NCBI GenBank assembly: GCA_051747885.1
Contig: JBNJGR010000003.1
Location: 1-55,446 of the forward strand
Origin: Bacteroidota bacterium
GTDB lineage: Bacteria; Bacteroidota; Bacteroidia; Bacteroidales; Prolixibacteraceae
Direction of reading: 5' to 3'
Length of the DNA stretch: 55,446 bases
In this document: in pieces, positions 1 through 9,603 of the stretch
Layout: each line of letters starts with the position of its first letter
Position numbering within the stretch: the stretch's first letter is position 1
Notes under the pieces: model-generated
The model's database searches: none
What the model was told of the DNA's origin: nothing
The model's input: the letters and a program-made list of their open reading frames with translations, nothing else
Made by a program: the position numbers and the translations under genes

Positions 1-1
1 T

Positions 2-1495
2 TCTCAAACAGTTATTACAGAAAATGATACTTTTCCGGCTGAAGATACAGTACGGTTAATAGTTCCCGAACATCGCGGTGATGTACAATGGCAATTAAGC
101 AACGATTCATTATCCTGGATTGATATACCAAACGAAACATCCGATACCTTCTTACTGAATCCGATCGAACTACAAGGTTATTTTCGGGCAGTAATTTCTG
201 AAGGCTCATGTGCTCCTGTGTATTCAAGTATAGCTAGGTTAAAATTCGCAATCCCGGTAATTTCAACTTTGCCCGCTGAGGCAATAGAACTGAATTCAGC
301 AACACTTGCTGGAAATATTTCGGATGATGGCGGAGCAGAAGTAACCACAAGGGGATTTTACTGGAGCCAAACCAACGAAGTGCCCGATGAAAATGACAAT
401 ATTGAAGACGCCGGCAGTGGAGCCGGTAATTTCACTTTTGCATTAGCAGGACTCAATCCTAATACGACCTACTATTTCAGGGCTTTTGCTGAAAATGAAA
501 AAGGTACTGCTTTGGGAAATATTGTAAGTTTTAAAACATCAGTAAACATGCCTGAAGTTGTCACTTTAGAAGTAAAAAACATTACTGAAAACGCTGCTAC
601 CTTTTACGGAGAAGTTACAGACGACGGTGGCGCTGAAATAACTTCACGAGGATTTTACTGGAGCGAACTCGATGAAACCCCAGACAACAATGATAATGTA
701 TCATCCTCAGGTGATGGTTTGGGTAGTTTTCAAAAATCATTAAGTGGATTAAAACCCAATACCACCTATTATGTAGCTGCATTTGCAATTTCAAACCAGG
801 GTACAACCACAGGAAATGTAGTAGAATTTACAACTAATGAGGAACAAACCGCCGAAACCAGCACAATTGATTACGAAGGAAAAACCTACAAAACTGTAAA
901 AATTGGCAACCAATGGTGGATGGCAGAAAACCTTGCTTATTTGCCAAGCGTGAGCCCCGGTTCTGAAGGTTCAAATACAACTCCTTATTATTATGTTTAT
1001 GGTTACAATGGCACAAGTGTAAGTGCAGCAAAAGCATCCGACAAATACAGCAAATACGGAGTTTTGTACAACTGGGAAGCCGCCAAAACAGCCTGCCCTC
1101 CGGGATGGCATCTGCCTACTGATTCTGAATGGGAACAGTTGGCCAGTTTTATCAGTGATGGCAGATATTCCAAAGACGGAGATGGCACCTGGAGTACACT
1201 TGGCAAACACCTGAAAGCAAAAGATGGATGGTACGTATTTGCTGGTTTCCCTGGCAATGGCATCGATGACTATGAATTCACAGCCCTGCCGGGTGGATTC
1301 CGCGGCCTTAACAGGGATAATGAGCCCGGCTCAATGGGATTCCATGATGAAATGGGACTTGGAGGCTGGTGGTCTGCCACGCAGTATGACAACAATAATG
1401 CATGGGGCAGAATTTTAATTGGGCAAACCAATGATATGTACCGCCCCTACCGCGAAAAATCATCAGGTGCAAGTGTGCGATGTGTGAAGGATTAA
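2..1495 (+). CDS. Surface protein with two tandem fibronectin-III-like repeats and a C-terminal FISUMP (Fib_succ_major) domain; 5' end lies outside the window
   Basis: The frame is open from nt 2 (SQTVITEND...), in frame with ORF 218..1495. Two ~95-aa repeats (DDGGAE.T.RGFYWS...GL.PNTTYY..AFA). FISUMP motifs YKTVKIGNQWWMAENL, YGVLYNWEAA..ACPPGWHLPTDSEW, terminal SVRCVKD. Confidence 0.85.
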   Translation, partial: SQTVITENDTFPAEDTVRLIVPEHRGDVQWQLSNDSLSWIDIPNETSDTFLLNPIELQGYFRAVISEGSCAPVYSSIARLKFAIPVISTLPAEAIELNSATLAGNISDDGGAEVTTRGFYWSQTNEVPDENDNIEDAGSGAGNFTFALAGLNPNTTYYFRAFAENEKGTALGNIVSFKTSVNMPEVVTLEVKNITENAATFYGEVTDDGGAEITSRGFYWSELDETPDNNDNVSSSGDGLGSFQKSLSGLKPNTTYYVAAFAISNQGTTTGNVVEFTTNEEQTAETSTIDYEGKTYKTVKIGNQWWMAENLAYLPSVSPGSEGSNTTPYYYVYGYNGTSVSAAKASDKYSKYGVLYNWEAAKTACPPGWHLPTDSEWEQLASFISDGRYSKDGDGTWSTLGKHLKAKDGWYVFAGFPGNGIDDYEFTALPGGFRGLNRDNEPGSMGFHDEMGLGGWWSATQYDNNNAWGRILIGQTNDMYRPYREKSSGASVRCVKD

Positions 1496-1514
1496 ACGCA
1501 TTTAGTTAAAAAAA

Positions 1515-1895
1515 ATGCAAAACATATATTCCAAATATTTTTCGGAGGAATCGCTCTGGAAAAAAATCAGGCAGTATTCAAAAACAGCAGGAACAACCGT
1601 TGTATATGCCGCTTTGCTTCTGTTTTATGTTATGAAATCAAAAGAAGTAACGGTTAAAACAAAAGTATCGATTGCGGCTGCACTCGGTTATTTTATACTA
1701 CCCACCGATGCTATTTTCGACCTAACACCATTAGTTGGTTATACCGATGATTTGGGAGTACTGATTTTTGCCCTCTCGCAGGTTTCATCAAGTATCACTC
1801 CTGAAATTAAAAACAAAGCAAGGACAAAACTGGGTGAATGGTTTGGTGAAATAAACGAAGATGAACTTCATGACTTAGAAAATAAAATATTCTGA
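1515..1895 (+). CDS. YkvA/DUF1232 family membrane protein
   Basis: AALGYFILPTDAIFDLTPLVGYTDDLGVL motif. Confidence 0.85.
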   Translation: MQNIYSKYFSEESLWKKIRQYSKTAGTTVVYAALLLFYVMKSKEVTVKTKVSIAAALGYFILPTDAIFDLTPLVGYTDDLGVLIFALSQVSSSITPEIKNKARTKLGEWFGEINEDELHDLENKIF

Positions 1896-1962
1896 ACTAA
1901 AGATTTAATCTCCACTATTTCACTCCCTTAATTAATGTTAATTTTTAGCAGTTGTCTTTTTA

Positions 1963-1977
1963 TGGCACCTTTTTTGG
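1963..1977 (+). promoter_or_regulatory. Possible sigma54 (-24/-12) promoter
   Basis: TGGCAC-CTTTT-TTGG versus consensus TGGCAC-N5-TTGC: correct spacing, one mismatch. Confidence 0.45.
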
Positions 1978-1989
1978 GTTTATTCAAAA

Positions 1990-2151
1990 GAACATTGCTT
2001 AACATCTATAAGAACACTATGTTAGTTTTGTTCGGTTTAACATGACTTTGATCCGCAATTTATGCGGAAAGTTTTTCTGTTTTTCTAACGAAGGATAAAC
2101 AACCCCTTCGAACTTGTTTGGTAAATAGCCGGTTAATAACCGGCTATTTTT
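1990..2151 (+). ncRNA. Candidate structured small RNA or leader
   Basis: Lies between the sigma54-like promoter and a strong terminator. Hairpins TCCGCA/TGCGGA (2052-2068) and CGAAGG/CCTTCG (2089-2110). The only ORF noted is an 8-codon one (2019-2045). Confidence 0.4.
2123..2151 (+). terminator. Intrinsic terminator
   Basis: AAATAGCCGGTT-AAT-AACCGGCTATTT hairpin running into a T tract. Confidence 0.75.
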
Positions 2152-2235
2152 CTATTGTGAATTTTGCTTATCTCTTCTCATACAAAATGTGCACTTTATG
2201 ACGGCAGTAAAATTTTCAACATGGGTTAAATCATT

Positions 2236-2243
2236 TACCTTTG
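2236..2243 (+). promoter_or_regulatory. Bacteroidota housekeeping -7 promoter element
   Basis: TACCTTTG matches TAnnTTTG, 20 nt before the ATG at 2263. Confidence 0.6.
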
Positions 2244-2262
2244 CCGTTTAAATTCCTGGAAA

Positions 2263-3003
2263 ATGATTGATTTTACACTTCTACAATGGGTGCTCCTTTT
2301 TTTTTGCGCCATGTTTATTGGCATGTCGAAAGTAGGAGTCCCCGGAATATCACTGATTGTTGTTCCTGTGCTGGCAATTATTTTCGGAGGCAAAGCATCT
2401 ACCGGTATTTTACTGCCAATACTTATGATGGCCGACTGGTTTGGAGTTGGTTACTATCACCGCCACGCAAAATGGAACTATTTATGGAAACTGCTCCCCT
2501 GGGCTTTCTTAGGTGTAGGAATTGCCTTGTGGGTAGGCGAAGTAGTTAATGACGAATGGTTTAAAAATATCATTGCTATTGTTGTTTTTATTTGCATTGG
2601 ATTAATGCTTTGGAAAGACCGTAAAAAAAGTGCTAATTTTTTCCCTGATACCTGGTGGTTTGCTGCCTCAATGGGAGTTTTGGGAGGTTTTGCAACTATG
2701 ATTGGAAATGTTGCCGGCCCTATATTTGCCATCTATTTATTGGCTATGCATCTTCCCAAAAACAATTTTATTGGCACGCAGGCCTGGTTCTTTCTAATCA
2801 TTAATGCCAGTAAATTTCCATTACACATTTTAATATGGAAAACCATTAACTGGCAAACACTTAAACTCGATTTGCTGCTTTTGCCCGGAATTGCGCTGGG
2901 CGCGTTGCTGGGAATCTGGCTCGTAAAAAAAATACCCGATAAAACATACCGGGCTTTCGTGATTATTGTTACTGTGTTGTCTGCATTTCTTTTGCTGATT
3001 TAA
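2263..3003 (+). CDS. Sulfite exporter TauE/SafE family membrane protein
   Basis: 246-aa polytopic protein with two-repeat structure (GMSKVGVPG / GGFATMIGNVAGP), STGILLPIL, LPKNNFIGT. Confidence 0.8.
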   Translation: MIDFTLLQWVLLFFCAMFIGMSKVGVPGISLIVVPVLAIIFGGKASTGILLPILMMADWFGVGYYHRHAKWNYLWKLLPWAFLGVGIALWVGEVVNDEWFKNIIAIVVFICIGLMLWKDRKKSANFFPDTWWFAASMGVLGGFATMIGNVAGPIFAIYLLAMHLPKNNFIGTQAWFFLIINASKFPLHILIWKTINWQTLKLDLLLLPGIALGALLGIWLVKKIPDKTYRAFVIIVTVLSAFLLLI

Positions 3004-3091
3004 TACGTAACCGTAAAATGTGTTTTTGTACATTTGCAAAAAATAAGATCAAAACACAAATCAGGTAAAACAATTGCTAACAATTAAAAAA

Positions 3092-3808
3092 ATGGAACCG
3101 CTCACTCTTTTTTTCAAGGATATAAAAATTGAGAGGATACTTGATATTGGAACCGGCAGTGGAGATTTCATAAACACTTTGAAAGAAACATTTGCTAATG
3201 CCAAAATTACGGCTGTTGACCCTGATAAGGATTCGTTAGCAACTGCACGAACCAGGTTTCCTGATATCACCTTTAGTGAGATGGTTGCAGAAAACCTGCA
3301 GTTCGATGATAATTCATTCGATTTGGTAAGTATTTCAATGGCCTTGCACCACCTGCACAAAATCAGAAAAGGGTTGAAAGAAATGAAAAGGGTGGTAAAA
3401 CCCGGAGGGTGGATAATTATACATGAATTAATAAGCGACAATTTAAATCCGGCACAGGAAGTGCATAAAATGTACCATCATTTTAAGAGCCGCATCGATC
3501 GTATGACAGGCATTTGCCACCGCGAAACTTTTACAAAAAATGCCATCCTGCAAATGCTGAAAACAGCTGTAATTCCCGTACAATTCTTTTTTGAATACAA
3601 TCAGGAAATTAATCTTACTGAAAGCAACGAAGAACTTGAACAAAGGGTAAAAAAAATGGAAAAGGCGCTTGAAAGGATAAAAGGCCGGAAAGAATACGAA
3701 CTGATGAAACCTGAAATTGACACTTTCAAAGAAAAAGCAAGTGTACATGGGTTCCAGCCTGCAACAAAACTGGTGATTGCCGGAAGGGTAAAATCAACCA
3801 CTGCTTAA
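3092..3808 (+). CDS. Class I SAM-dependent methyltransferase
   Basis: ILDIGTGSG motif I, FDDNSFDLV, ALHHL...EMKRVVKPGG. ATG at 3092 (ORF track starts at TTG 3074). TACATTTG at 3029. Confidence 0.85.
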   Translation: MEPLTLFFKDIKIERILDIGTGSGDFINTLKETFANAKITAVDPDKDSLATARTRFPDITFSEMVAENLQFDDNSFDLVSISMALHHLHKIRKGLKEMKRVVKPGGWIIIHELISDNLNPAQEVHKMYHHFKSRIDRMTGICHRETFTKNAILQMLKTAVIPVQFFFEYNQEINLTESNEELEQRVKKMEKALERIKGRKEYELMKPEIDTFKEKASVHGFQPATKLVIAGRVKSTTA

Positions 3809-4675
3809 TGCTTCAGCACCACTAACAATTTCGAGTATTTCATTTGTTATTGATTCCTGCCGTTCTTTGTTATATTGAAGTGTAAGATCTTTAATCAATT
3901 CGGTTGCATTATCGGTTGCCTGGTGCATGGCGGTCATTCTCGCCCCGTGTTCGGCGGCGTGCGAATCGAGCAGAGCCTTGTAAAACTGAATTTTCAATGA
4001 ACGGGGAATTAGTTCACGAACAATAAACTCTTTTGAAGGCTCAAAAATATAATCGGTGAATTCAGAAGTTTCATTTTTGTCATCCATTTCAACCGGTAAA
4101 AACTGTTCAGCAGTATTTATTTGAACGGCTGCATTTTGAAACTGATTGTACACCAAGTCGACACGATCGTAATTTTTGTCGGTAAAAGCTTTCATAATGG
4201 CTGTTGCCAGTTCGGTCACATGGTCAAAATCGAGGTGGTCAAACAACTCACTTTTACTTTCAATTACGTTCATTTCCCGCAACTTAACCTGTCGCTCCCC
4301 TTGCTTGCCAATGCACAAAAATTCAACATTCCCCAACCTGTTTTGCATGCTGTAATTTGCTTTTACATGCTCAACGGCTTTTTTGGCAATGTTTAAATTA
4401 AATCCACCGCAAAGACCGCGGTTCGACGAGATAAGAATAATCAATACTTTTTCAGGATCCCGGGGTTGTGTATAAACTGAACCTGCCTCATTTTCAAGGC
4501 TGCCACTTAGCGAAACAAGAATCTCATGCAATTTGCCGGCATAAGGCCTGATTTTTAAAATAGCATCCTGAGCTTTTTTCAGCTTGGCTGCCGAAACCAT
4601 TTTCATTGCACTGGTAACCTGCCGGGTGGTTTTTACCGATACAATGCGTGTGCGTATTTCTTTTAAACCAGCCAT
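3794..4675 (-). CDS. atpG: F1 ATP synthase gamma subunit
   Basis: IRTRIVSVKTTRQVTSAMKMVSAAKL, SNRGLCGGFN, ARMTAMHQATDNA, ITNEILEIVSGAEAL. Confidence 0.98.
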   Translation of the reverse strand: MAGLKEIRTRIVSVKTTRQVTSAMKMVSAAKLKKAQDAILKIRPYAGKLHEILVSLSGSLENEAGSVYTQPRDPEKVLIILISSNRGLCGGFNLNIAKKAVEHVKANYSMQNRLGNVEFLCIGKQGERQVKLREMNVIESKSELFDHLDFDHVTELATAIMKAFTDKNYDRVDLVYNQFQNAAVQINTAEQFLPVEMDDKNETSEFTDYIFEPSKEFIVRELIPRSLKIQFYKALLDSHAAEHGARMTAMHQATDNATELIKDLTLQYNKERQESITNEILEIVSGAEALSSG

Positions 4676-4681
4676 ATTATA

Positions 4682-6280
4682 TTAATCCTCCGGTGCAGTT
4701 TTCTTTTTATATTTTTCGACTAGCTCCCGGGCTACATCTTTTAGCACTTGTTCAATTTTATCAGTTAAATTACCCTGTCTGATTGAGTCCAATACATCGC
4801 GATGTTCCATTTCCATCAGCTCAAGAAAAGCGTTTTCGAATTCTTTTATCTTTTCAACCGGAACAAACCTCAACAACTCATTCACCCCGCAATAAATTAT
4901 TGCAACCTGATGTTCAACCCGCATGGGTGCGTATTGCTTTTGCTTCAATATTTCCACGTTTTTGCGCCCTTTATCGAGAACACGCATTGTGGCCGCATCG
5001 AGGTCGGAACCAAATTTTGAAAAAGCTTCAAGTTCACGAAACTGAGCCTGATCGAGTTTAAGTGTGCCCGACATTTTTTTCATGGACTTAATCTGCGCGT
5101 TTCCACCTACCCGGGATACTGAAATACCAACATTAATTGCCGGTCGCACTCCCGAGTTGAACAGGTTGGAGTCGAGAAAAATTTGCCCGTCGGTAATTGA
5201 AATTACATTGGTTGGAATGTAAGCCGAAACATCTCCAGCCTGTGTTTCAATAATCGGCAGCGCAGTTATTGAACCTCCCCCTTTTACTTTCCCTTTCAGG
5301 CCTTCAGGAAGGTCATTCATCTGCTTTGCAATTTCATCCGATTCAATAATTTTTGCTGCCCGCTCGAGCAGGCGCGAATGCAGGTAAAATACATCGCCCG
5401 GATAAGCTTCCCTTCCCGGAGGACGCCGTAACAGCAATGAAACTTCGCGATAAGAAACAGCCTGTTTCGAAAGGTCGTCAAGAATAATTAATGCATCGCG
5501 GCCCGTATCACGAAAATATTCCCCGATGGCCATTCCGGCATAGGGTGCATAAAATTGCAAAGCGGCCGGGTCTGAAGCTGTTGACGAAACGATTACGGTG
5601 TAATCCATTGCGCCATGTTTATTCAACGTTGAAGCAATATTTGCCACGGTAGAACCTTTTTGGCCCACTGCCACATAAATGCAATATACCGGCTCACCTT
5701 TTTCAAAATTTTCGCGCTGGTTAATAATGGTGTCGATTGCCACAGCTGTTTTACCGGTTTGGCGGTCGCCAATTATGAGCTCACGCTGGCCACGACCTAT
5801 GGGAATCATGGCGTCAATTGCTTTTAAACCGGTTTGCAATGGCTGTTTTACCGGCTGTCTGAAAATTACGCCCGGGGCTTTTCGTTCAAGTGGCAGTTCA
5901 ATTAAATCGCCCGAAACAGGACCTTTCCCGTCGATAGGTTCTCCAATTGTATTTATAACCCTGCCAATGAGTTTTTCCCCAACGTTTATTGAAGCAATGC
6001 GCTTGAGTCTTTTAACTGTGTCGCCTTCTTTAACGTCTTCCGATGCACCCAAAAGAACTGCACCAACATTATCTTCTTCCAGGTTTAATACAATTCCTTT
6101 TATTCCGCTTTCGAACTCAATCATCTCGTTCGATTCCACATCGGAAAGACCGTAGATACGGGCAATGCCATCGCCCACCTGCAAAACGGTACCAACCTCT
6201 TCCAGTTCTGCTTCAGACCTGAAATTTTCAAGTTGTTGTTTCAGGATTTCAGATATTTCAGCCGGTTTAATGTTTATCAT
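4682..6280 (-). CDS. atpA: F1 ATP synthase alpha subunit
   Basis: [19 protein letters not shown]-loop, [22 protein letters not shown]. Confidence 0.99.
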   Translation of the reverse strand: MINIKPAEISEILKQQLENFRSEAELEEVGTVLQVGDGIARIYGLSDVESNEMIEFESGIKGIVLNLEEDNVGAVLLGASEDVKEGDTVKRLKRIASINVGEKLIGRVINTIGEPIDGKGPVSGDLIELPLERKAPGVIFRQPVKQPLQTGLKAIDAMIPIGRGQRELIIGDRQTGKTAVAIDTIINQRENFEKGEPVYCIYVAVGQKGSTVANIASTLNKHGAMDYTVIVSSTASDPAALQFYAPYAGMAIGEYFRDTGRDALIILDDLSKQAVSYREVSLLLRRPPGREAYPGDVFYLHSRLLERAAKIIESDEIAKQMNDLPEGLKGKVKGGGSITALPIIETQAGDVSAYIPTNVISITDGQIFLDSNLFNSGVRPAINVGISVSRVGGNAQIKSMKKMSGTLKLDQAQFRELEAFSKFGSDLDAATMRVLDKGRKNVEILKQKQYAPMRVEHQVAIIYCGVNELLRFVPVEKIKEFENAFLELMEMEHRDVLDSIRQGNLTDKIEQVLKDVARELVEKYKKKTAPED

Positions 6281-6306
6281 TCTGTTTGCTATAAAAATCT
6301 GTTAAA

Positions 6307-6846
6307 CTAATTTTTCATCATTTCCTGCTTAATTTTTTTAAGCTGCGTGGAAATACTTGCGTCGTATTGCTTGTCGTCGATGCGCAAAATCAGGCCACCT
6401 ATAATGTGCGGACTTTCGCGAGCGGAAAGCTCCACCTCTGTTTTCAATTCATCTTCAAATATTTTTTTTGCTTTTTGCAGCAGCTTTTCATCAACAGGTT
6501 TTGCTGTGGTCAATACAGCTGTTTTTATATTTTTTTCTTTGCGGATGAGTGCAAGTGTATTTCTGCACATTGACGGGATATAGATTTCACGTTTTTTCCT
6601 TGTTACCAGTTCCAAAAAATTCATTGTTATTTCATGAATTTTTTTACTGAATATTTGCCGGATTATGCTGATTTTTTGCGAAGTGGTTACAACCGGACTT
6701 TTCAACAGCAGGTTAAATTCAACTGAATGCTTACAAACATCGGCAATCAAATCCATATCATTTTTCAGGTCAGTAAGAAGTTCTTTCTCGTTGGCCAGTG
6801 AAAAAAGGGCTTTGGCATACCTAACAGTTATTGCGCTTTCATCCAT
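6307..6846 (-). CDS. atpH: F1 ATP synthase delta subunit
   Basis: RYAKALF, IIGGLILRIDDKQYDASI; operon position. Confidence 0.95.
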   Translation of the reverse strand: MDESAITVRYAKALFSLANEKELLTDLKNDMDLIADVCKHSVEFNLLLKSPVVTTSQKISIIRQIFSKKIHEITMNFLELVTRKKREIYIPSMCRNTLALIRKEKNIKTAVLTTAKPVDEKLLQKAKKIFEDELKTEVELSARESPHIIGGLILRIDDKQYDASISTQLKKIKQEMMKN

Positions 6847-6855
6847 AGTGTTTTG

Positions 6856-7350
6856 TTAATTCAATTCAATTTCATCAACTAATCTTCTCACCATTTCCTG
6901 TTGATTCTTATCATCAGACATTTCTTTTCTGATTACTTTTTCGGCAATCATTAATGAAAGTTCAGTCATTTGCTTTTTCATTTCGTTAACGGCTTTTGCC
7001 CTTTCGTTTTGAATTTGCTGCCGGGCGTGTTCAATACTCCGCTGGGTTTCGGCCGATGCTTTTTCCCTGGCCTCGGTGATAACGCTTTCTTTCAGGTTCA
7101 TTGCTTCGCGCAAAATTGATTCTTTCTCCTTACGGGCCTGTGCCAGCAATTCCTCGTTTCCGGCTCTCAGTTTATCCATTTCCTGGCGGGCTTGCTGTGC
7201 TGCATTTAATGCAGTTTCAATCGACTCCTCCCGCTCGTACAATGCATTCAGTATAGGTTTCCAGGCAAATTTTTTCAACACAAATGCCACAATTGCAAAG
7301 ATGATAATCATCCAAAAAATTGTACCTACATTAGGAGTAACTAATTCCAT
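6856..7350 (-). CDS. atpF: Fo ATP synthase subunit b
   Basis: N-terminal TM, LKKFAWKPILNALYERE, long coiled coil. Confidence 0.95.
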   Translation of the reverse strand: MELVTPNVGTIFWMIIIFAIVAFVLKKFAWKPILNALYEREESIETALNAAQQARQEMDKLRAGNEELLAQARKEKESILREAMNLKESVITEAREKASAETQRSIEHARQQIQNERAKAVNEMKKQMTELSLMIAEKVIRKEMSDDKNQQEMVRRLVDEIELN

Positions 7351-7383
7351 AATCTGAACTACTTTTAAATTCTATAAAAAACA

Positions 7384-7419
7384 GAGACAGTACCCCGGCA
7401 ATCCCGGGGTTACTGACTC
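7384..7419 (-). other. GC-rich intergenic hairpin between atpE and atpF
   Basis: GAG-A-CAGTA-CCCCGG (CAATC) CCGGGG-T-TACTG-A-CTC inverted repeat. Confidence 0.6.
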
Positions 7420-7429
7420 AATGAGATTG

Positions 7430-7705
7430 TTAAACAAACAGTACAAGAGCACAAACGATTACGGCAAAGAATGAAACACCTTCAATTAGAGCCGCTGAAA
7501 CAACCATACTCGAACGAATGTCTCCGCTTGCTTCGGGCTGGCGTGCAATGGCTTCCATTGCAGCTGCACCGATACGACTGATACCATAACCTGCACCAAC
7601 AGCGGTTAACGCTGCTGCAAAAGCAGCAGCCAATTCTGAGTAATTCGATGCACTCGATGCACTCTCTACTACTTGAAGCAATGCAGTTAAAATAGCTGAT
7701 AACAT
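7430..7705 (-). CDS. atpE: Fo ATP synthase subunit c, probably H+-coupled
   Basis: ARQPE loop and LIEGV with the essential Glu; no E-S/T signature of Na+-binding c subunits. Confidence 0.96.
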   Translation of the reverse strand: MLSAILTALLQVVESASSASNYSELAAAFAAALTAVGAGYGISRIGAAAMEAIARQPEASGDIRSSMVVSAALIEGVSFFAVIVCALVLFV

Positions 7706-7729
7706 AGTTAAAAATTTAAATAATTAATA

Positions 7730-8848
7730 TTAGTGTTCTTCTGCCGTGGCCATTCCAAAATAAAAGGCGGACAAAAGCGTGAAAACATAAGCTTGTATAA
7801 ACGAAACCAACACATCAAGCAGCATAATAAAAACTGCAAAAGCAACAGATATCGGGCTCACCCCGTATCCCGCAGCAGGCCCCATTAAACTGCTGAAAAT
7901 AAATATCAGACTCAGGAAAACCGTAACAATCATGTGCCCAGCAAGCATGTTGGCAAATAAACGCACCATTAAAACAAACGGTTTTGTAATCATGCCAGTT
8001 AGTTCAAGCAGGGGCATTAACGGAATTGGAAGTTTTAGAAATACGGGAACGTCCGGATTAAAAATTTCTTTCCAGTAATGTTTGTTTCCGCTAATATTGG
8101 TAACAAAAAATGTAAAAAGTGCCAGTACCATTGTAACGGCTATATTGCCGGTAACATTTGCCCCAAAAGGGAATATTGGAATCAAACCCAACAAGTTGTT
8201 CAGTAAGATAAAAAAGAAAAGTGAGAGCAGGGGAGGCATAAATTTCCGGTAATTTTTTTCGCCGATTGAGGGCTTTGCAATTTCGTCGCGGATGAAAATA
8301 ATAACCGGTTCAAGCAGGTTTTGTACCCCGGATGGCGCTCTTCCCCTGTTTTGTCTTGCAGTATGTGCTGCCGAGAATAGCAGCAGGAACAGTACAATTA
8401 CCGACACAAAAGCGCCGGCAATAGTTTTGGTAATGGAAATATCGAAAGGCCGGCCAATTGCGATCCCCAGGTTATCGATTTCAACTATCTTTCCTTTAAA
8501 ATCCTCACTTTCCGAGATGCGAAACCCGCGGTAATCTTCATGCCCGTGATGAAATTTAGACGACATGAAAACATGCAGTTTTTTTCCCTCATGAAGTTCC
8601 GGGTGATTGCTGTACAAAATAATTGGAAGCGGCACACTTATATGTTTTTCGCCAACTGTTGCAATGTGCCATTCATAAGCATCCAACACATGCTCAATAA
8701 CAAATTCGCCTGCATCAAATTCTTTTTCGGGATGAGATTCTGTGGCGTTTGAATTTTCGTGTGTTTCGTGCTCCTGTGCTGTTACCGGATTTAACCAGAA
8801 AACGGCACTTAGTAGTGTTACTAACAAACTTTGGATTAGTGTTGGCAT
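7730..8848 (-). CDS. atpB: Fo ATP synthase subunit a with Bacteroidota-type N-terminal extension
   Basis: KPFVLMVRLFANMLAGH, FIQAYVFTLLSA, GANVTGNIAVT. Confidence 0.97.
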   Translation of the reverse strand: MPTLIQSLLVTLLSAVFWLNPVTAQEHETHENSNATESHPEKEFDAGEFVIEHVLDAYEWHIATVGEKHISVPLPIILYSNHPELHEGKKLHVFMSSKFHHGHEDYRGFRISESEDFKGKIVEIDNLGIAIGRPFDISITKTIAGAFVSVIVLFLLLFSAAHTARQNRGRAPSGVQNLLEPVIIFIRDEIAKPSIGEKNYRKFMPPLLSLFFFILLNNLLGLIPIFPFGANVTGNIAVTMVLALFTFFVTNISGNKHYWKEIFNPDVPVFLKLPIPLMPLLELTGMITKPFVLMVRLFANMLAGHMIVTVFLSLIFIFSSLMGPAAGYGVSPISVAFAVFIMLLDVLVSFIQAYVFTLLSAFYFGMATAEEH

Positions 8849-8998
8849 AAGCCTAATCTTGTTTTTTAAGCATCTGCAAAATTAAAAGTTTTTTCCATGC
8901 ATTTGCCGAAATTGATATATAATTCTTTAAATAATTATATATGTCTTCCCAGAATAGCTGACTCTATTGCAATTCCTTAATTTACTCTAAATTTGATT

Positions 8999-9385
8999 CT
9001 ATCTGCCTCTTTTCGTAATTCGAGCCAAATCAGCAACTTCAAGAAACGTAAAAACCATATAAACCACTACAATGGAAACAATAAATGCAGGAATATTTTC
9101 AGAATTATTAATAAGAAACACGATGGCAAAACCAGAATAAAGTACCAGTCGCAACAGCGAAACAATCATGCTGCTCCGGGTAAAGCGTCCCATATCTTTT
9201 TTTGCCAGTGAAAGTTGCCAGGCATGTATTAAAATAGTAACCACTGTAAAAAATGCCAGCATCCACGGCAAAACAGGGAGATAGTGGCCGGTAGCAAACT
9301 TTGTAAAAATCACCCATCCTGCTGAGGCCAAAACAACTGCAGCAATTAAAATTTTAACAATGAAACGCTTTAACTCCCTGCTCAT
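8999..9385 (-). CDS. 4-TM membrane protein, probable AtpI-like ATP synthase accessory protein
   Basis: 128 aa, four hydrophobic segments, directly upstream of atpB. Confidence 0.6.
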   Translation of the reverse strand: MSRELKRFIVKILIAAVVLASAGWVIFTKFATGHYLPVLPWMLAFFTVVTILIHAWQLSLAKKDMGRFTRSSMIVSLLRLVLYSGFAIVFLINNSENIPAFIVSIVVVYMVFTFLEVADLARITKRGR

Positions 9386-9603
9386 TTCTTCAATATTTTA
9401 CGGGTTGAATAAACAACTGAACCAACAACCGACAAAATCATCAACCCAAGTGTAAATCCTTTAAATTCGTTATCCATCCACTGGTCAATTTTATAACCCA
9501 AAAAAGTTCCCAGTGCAATCATTGCCATCATTTCAAAAGCCAGATTGGAATAACGGATAAAAGCATCAAATTTATTTTTGTTCTTTTGGTTTTGGTTTTT
9601 CAT
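9382..9603 (-). CDS. AtpZ/AtpI family 2-TM protein
   Basis: RYSNLAFEMMAMIALGTFLGYKIDQW motif; likely ATG at 9603. Confidence 0.8.
   Translation of the reverse strand: MKNQNQKNKNKFDAFIRYSNLAFEMMAMIALGTFLGYKIDQWMDNEFKGFTLGLMILSVVGSVVYSTRKILKK

Noticed and set aside
1360-2151. Complete diversity-generating retroelement at the FISUMP gene
   Set aside because: No reverse transcriptase, accessory gene or template-repeat copy of the C-terminal region seen in the window
3794-3808. Convergent 3' overlaps (methyltransferase/atpG 15 nt; ferritin/GT9 4 nt) as antisense regulation
   Set aside because: Short convergent overlaps are common in compact genomes and nothing else supports a regulatory role
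7430-7705. Na+-translocating or N-type ATPase
   Set aside because: The c subunit has IEGV rather than an E-S/T Na+ site, and separate b and delta genes in standard F-type order are present
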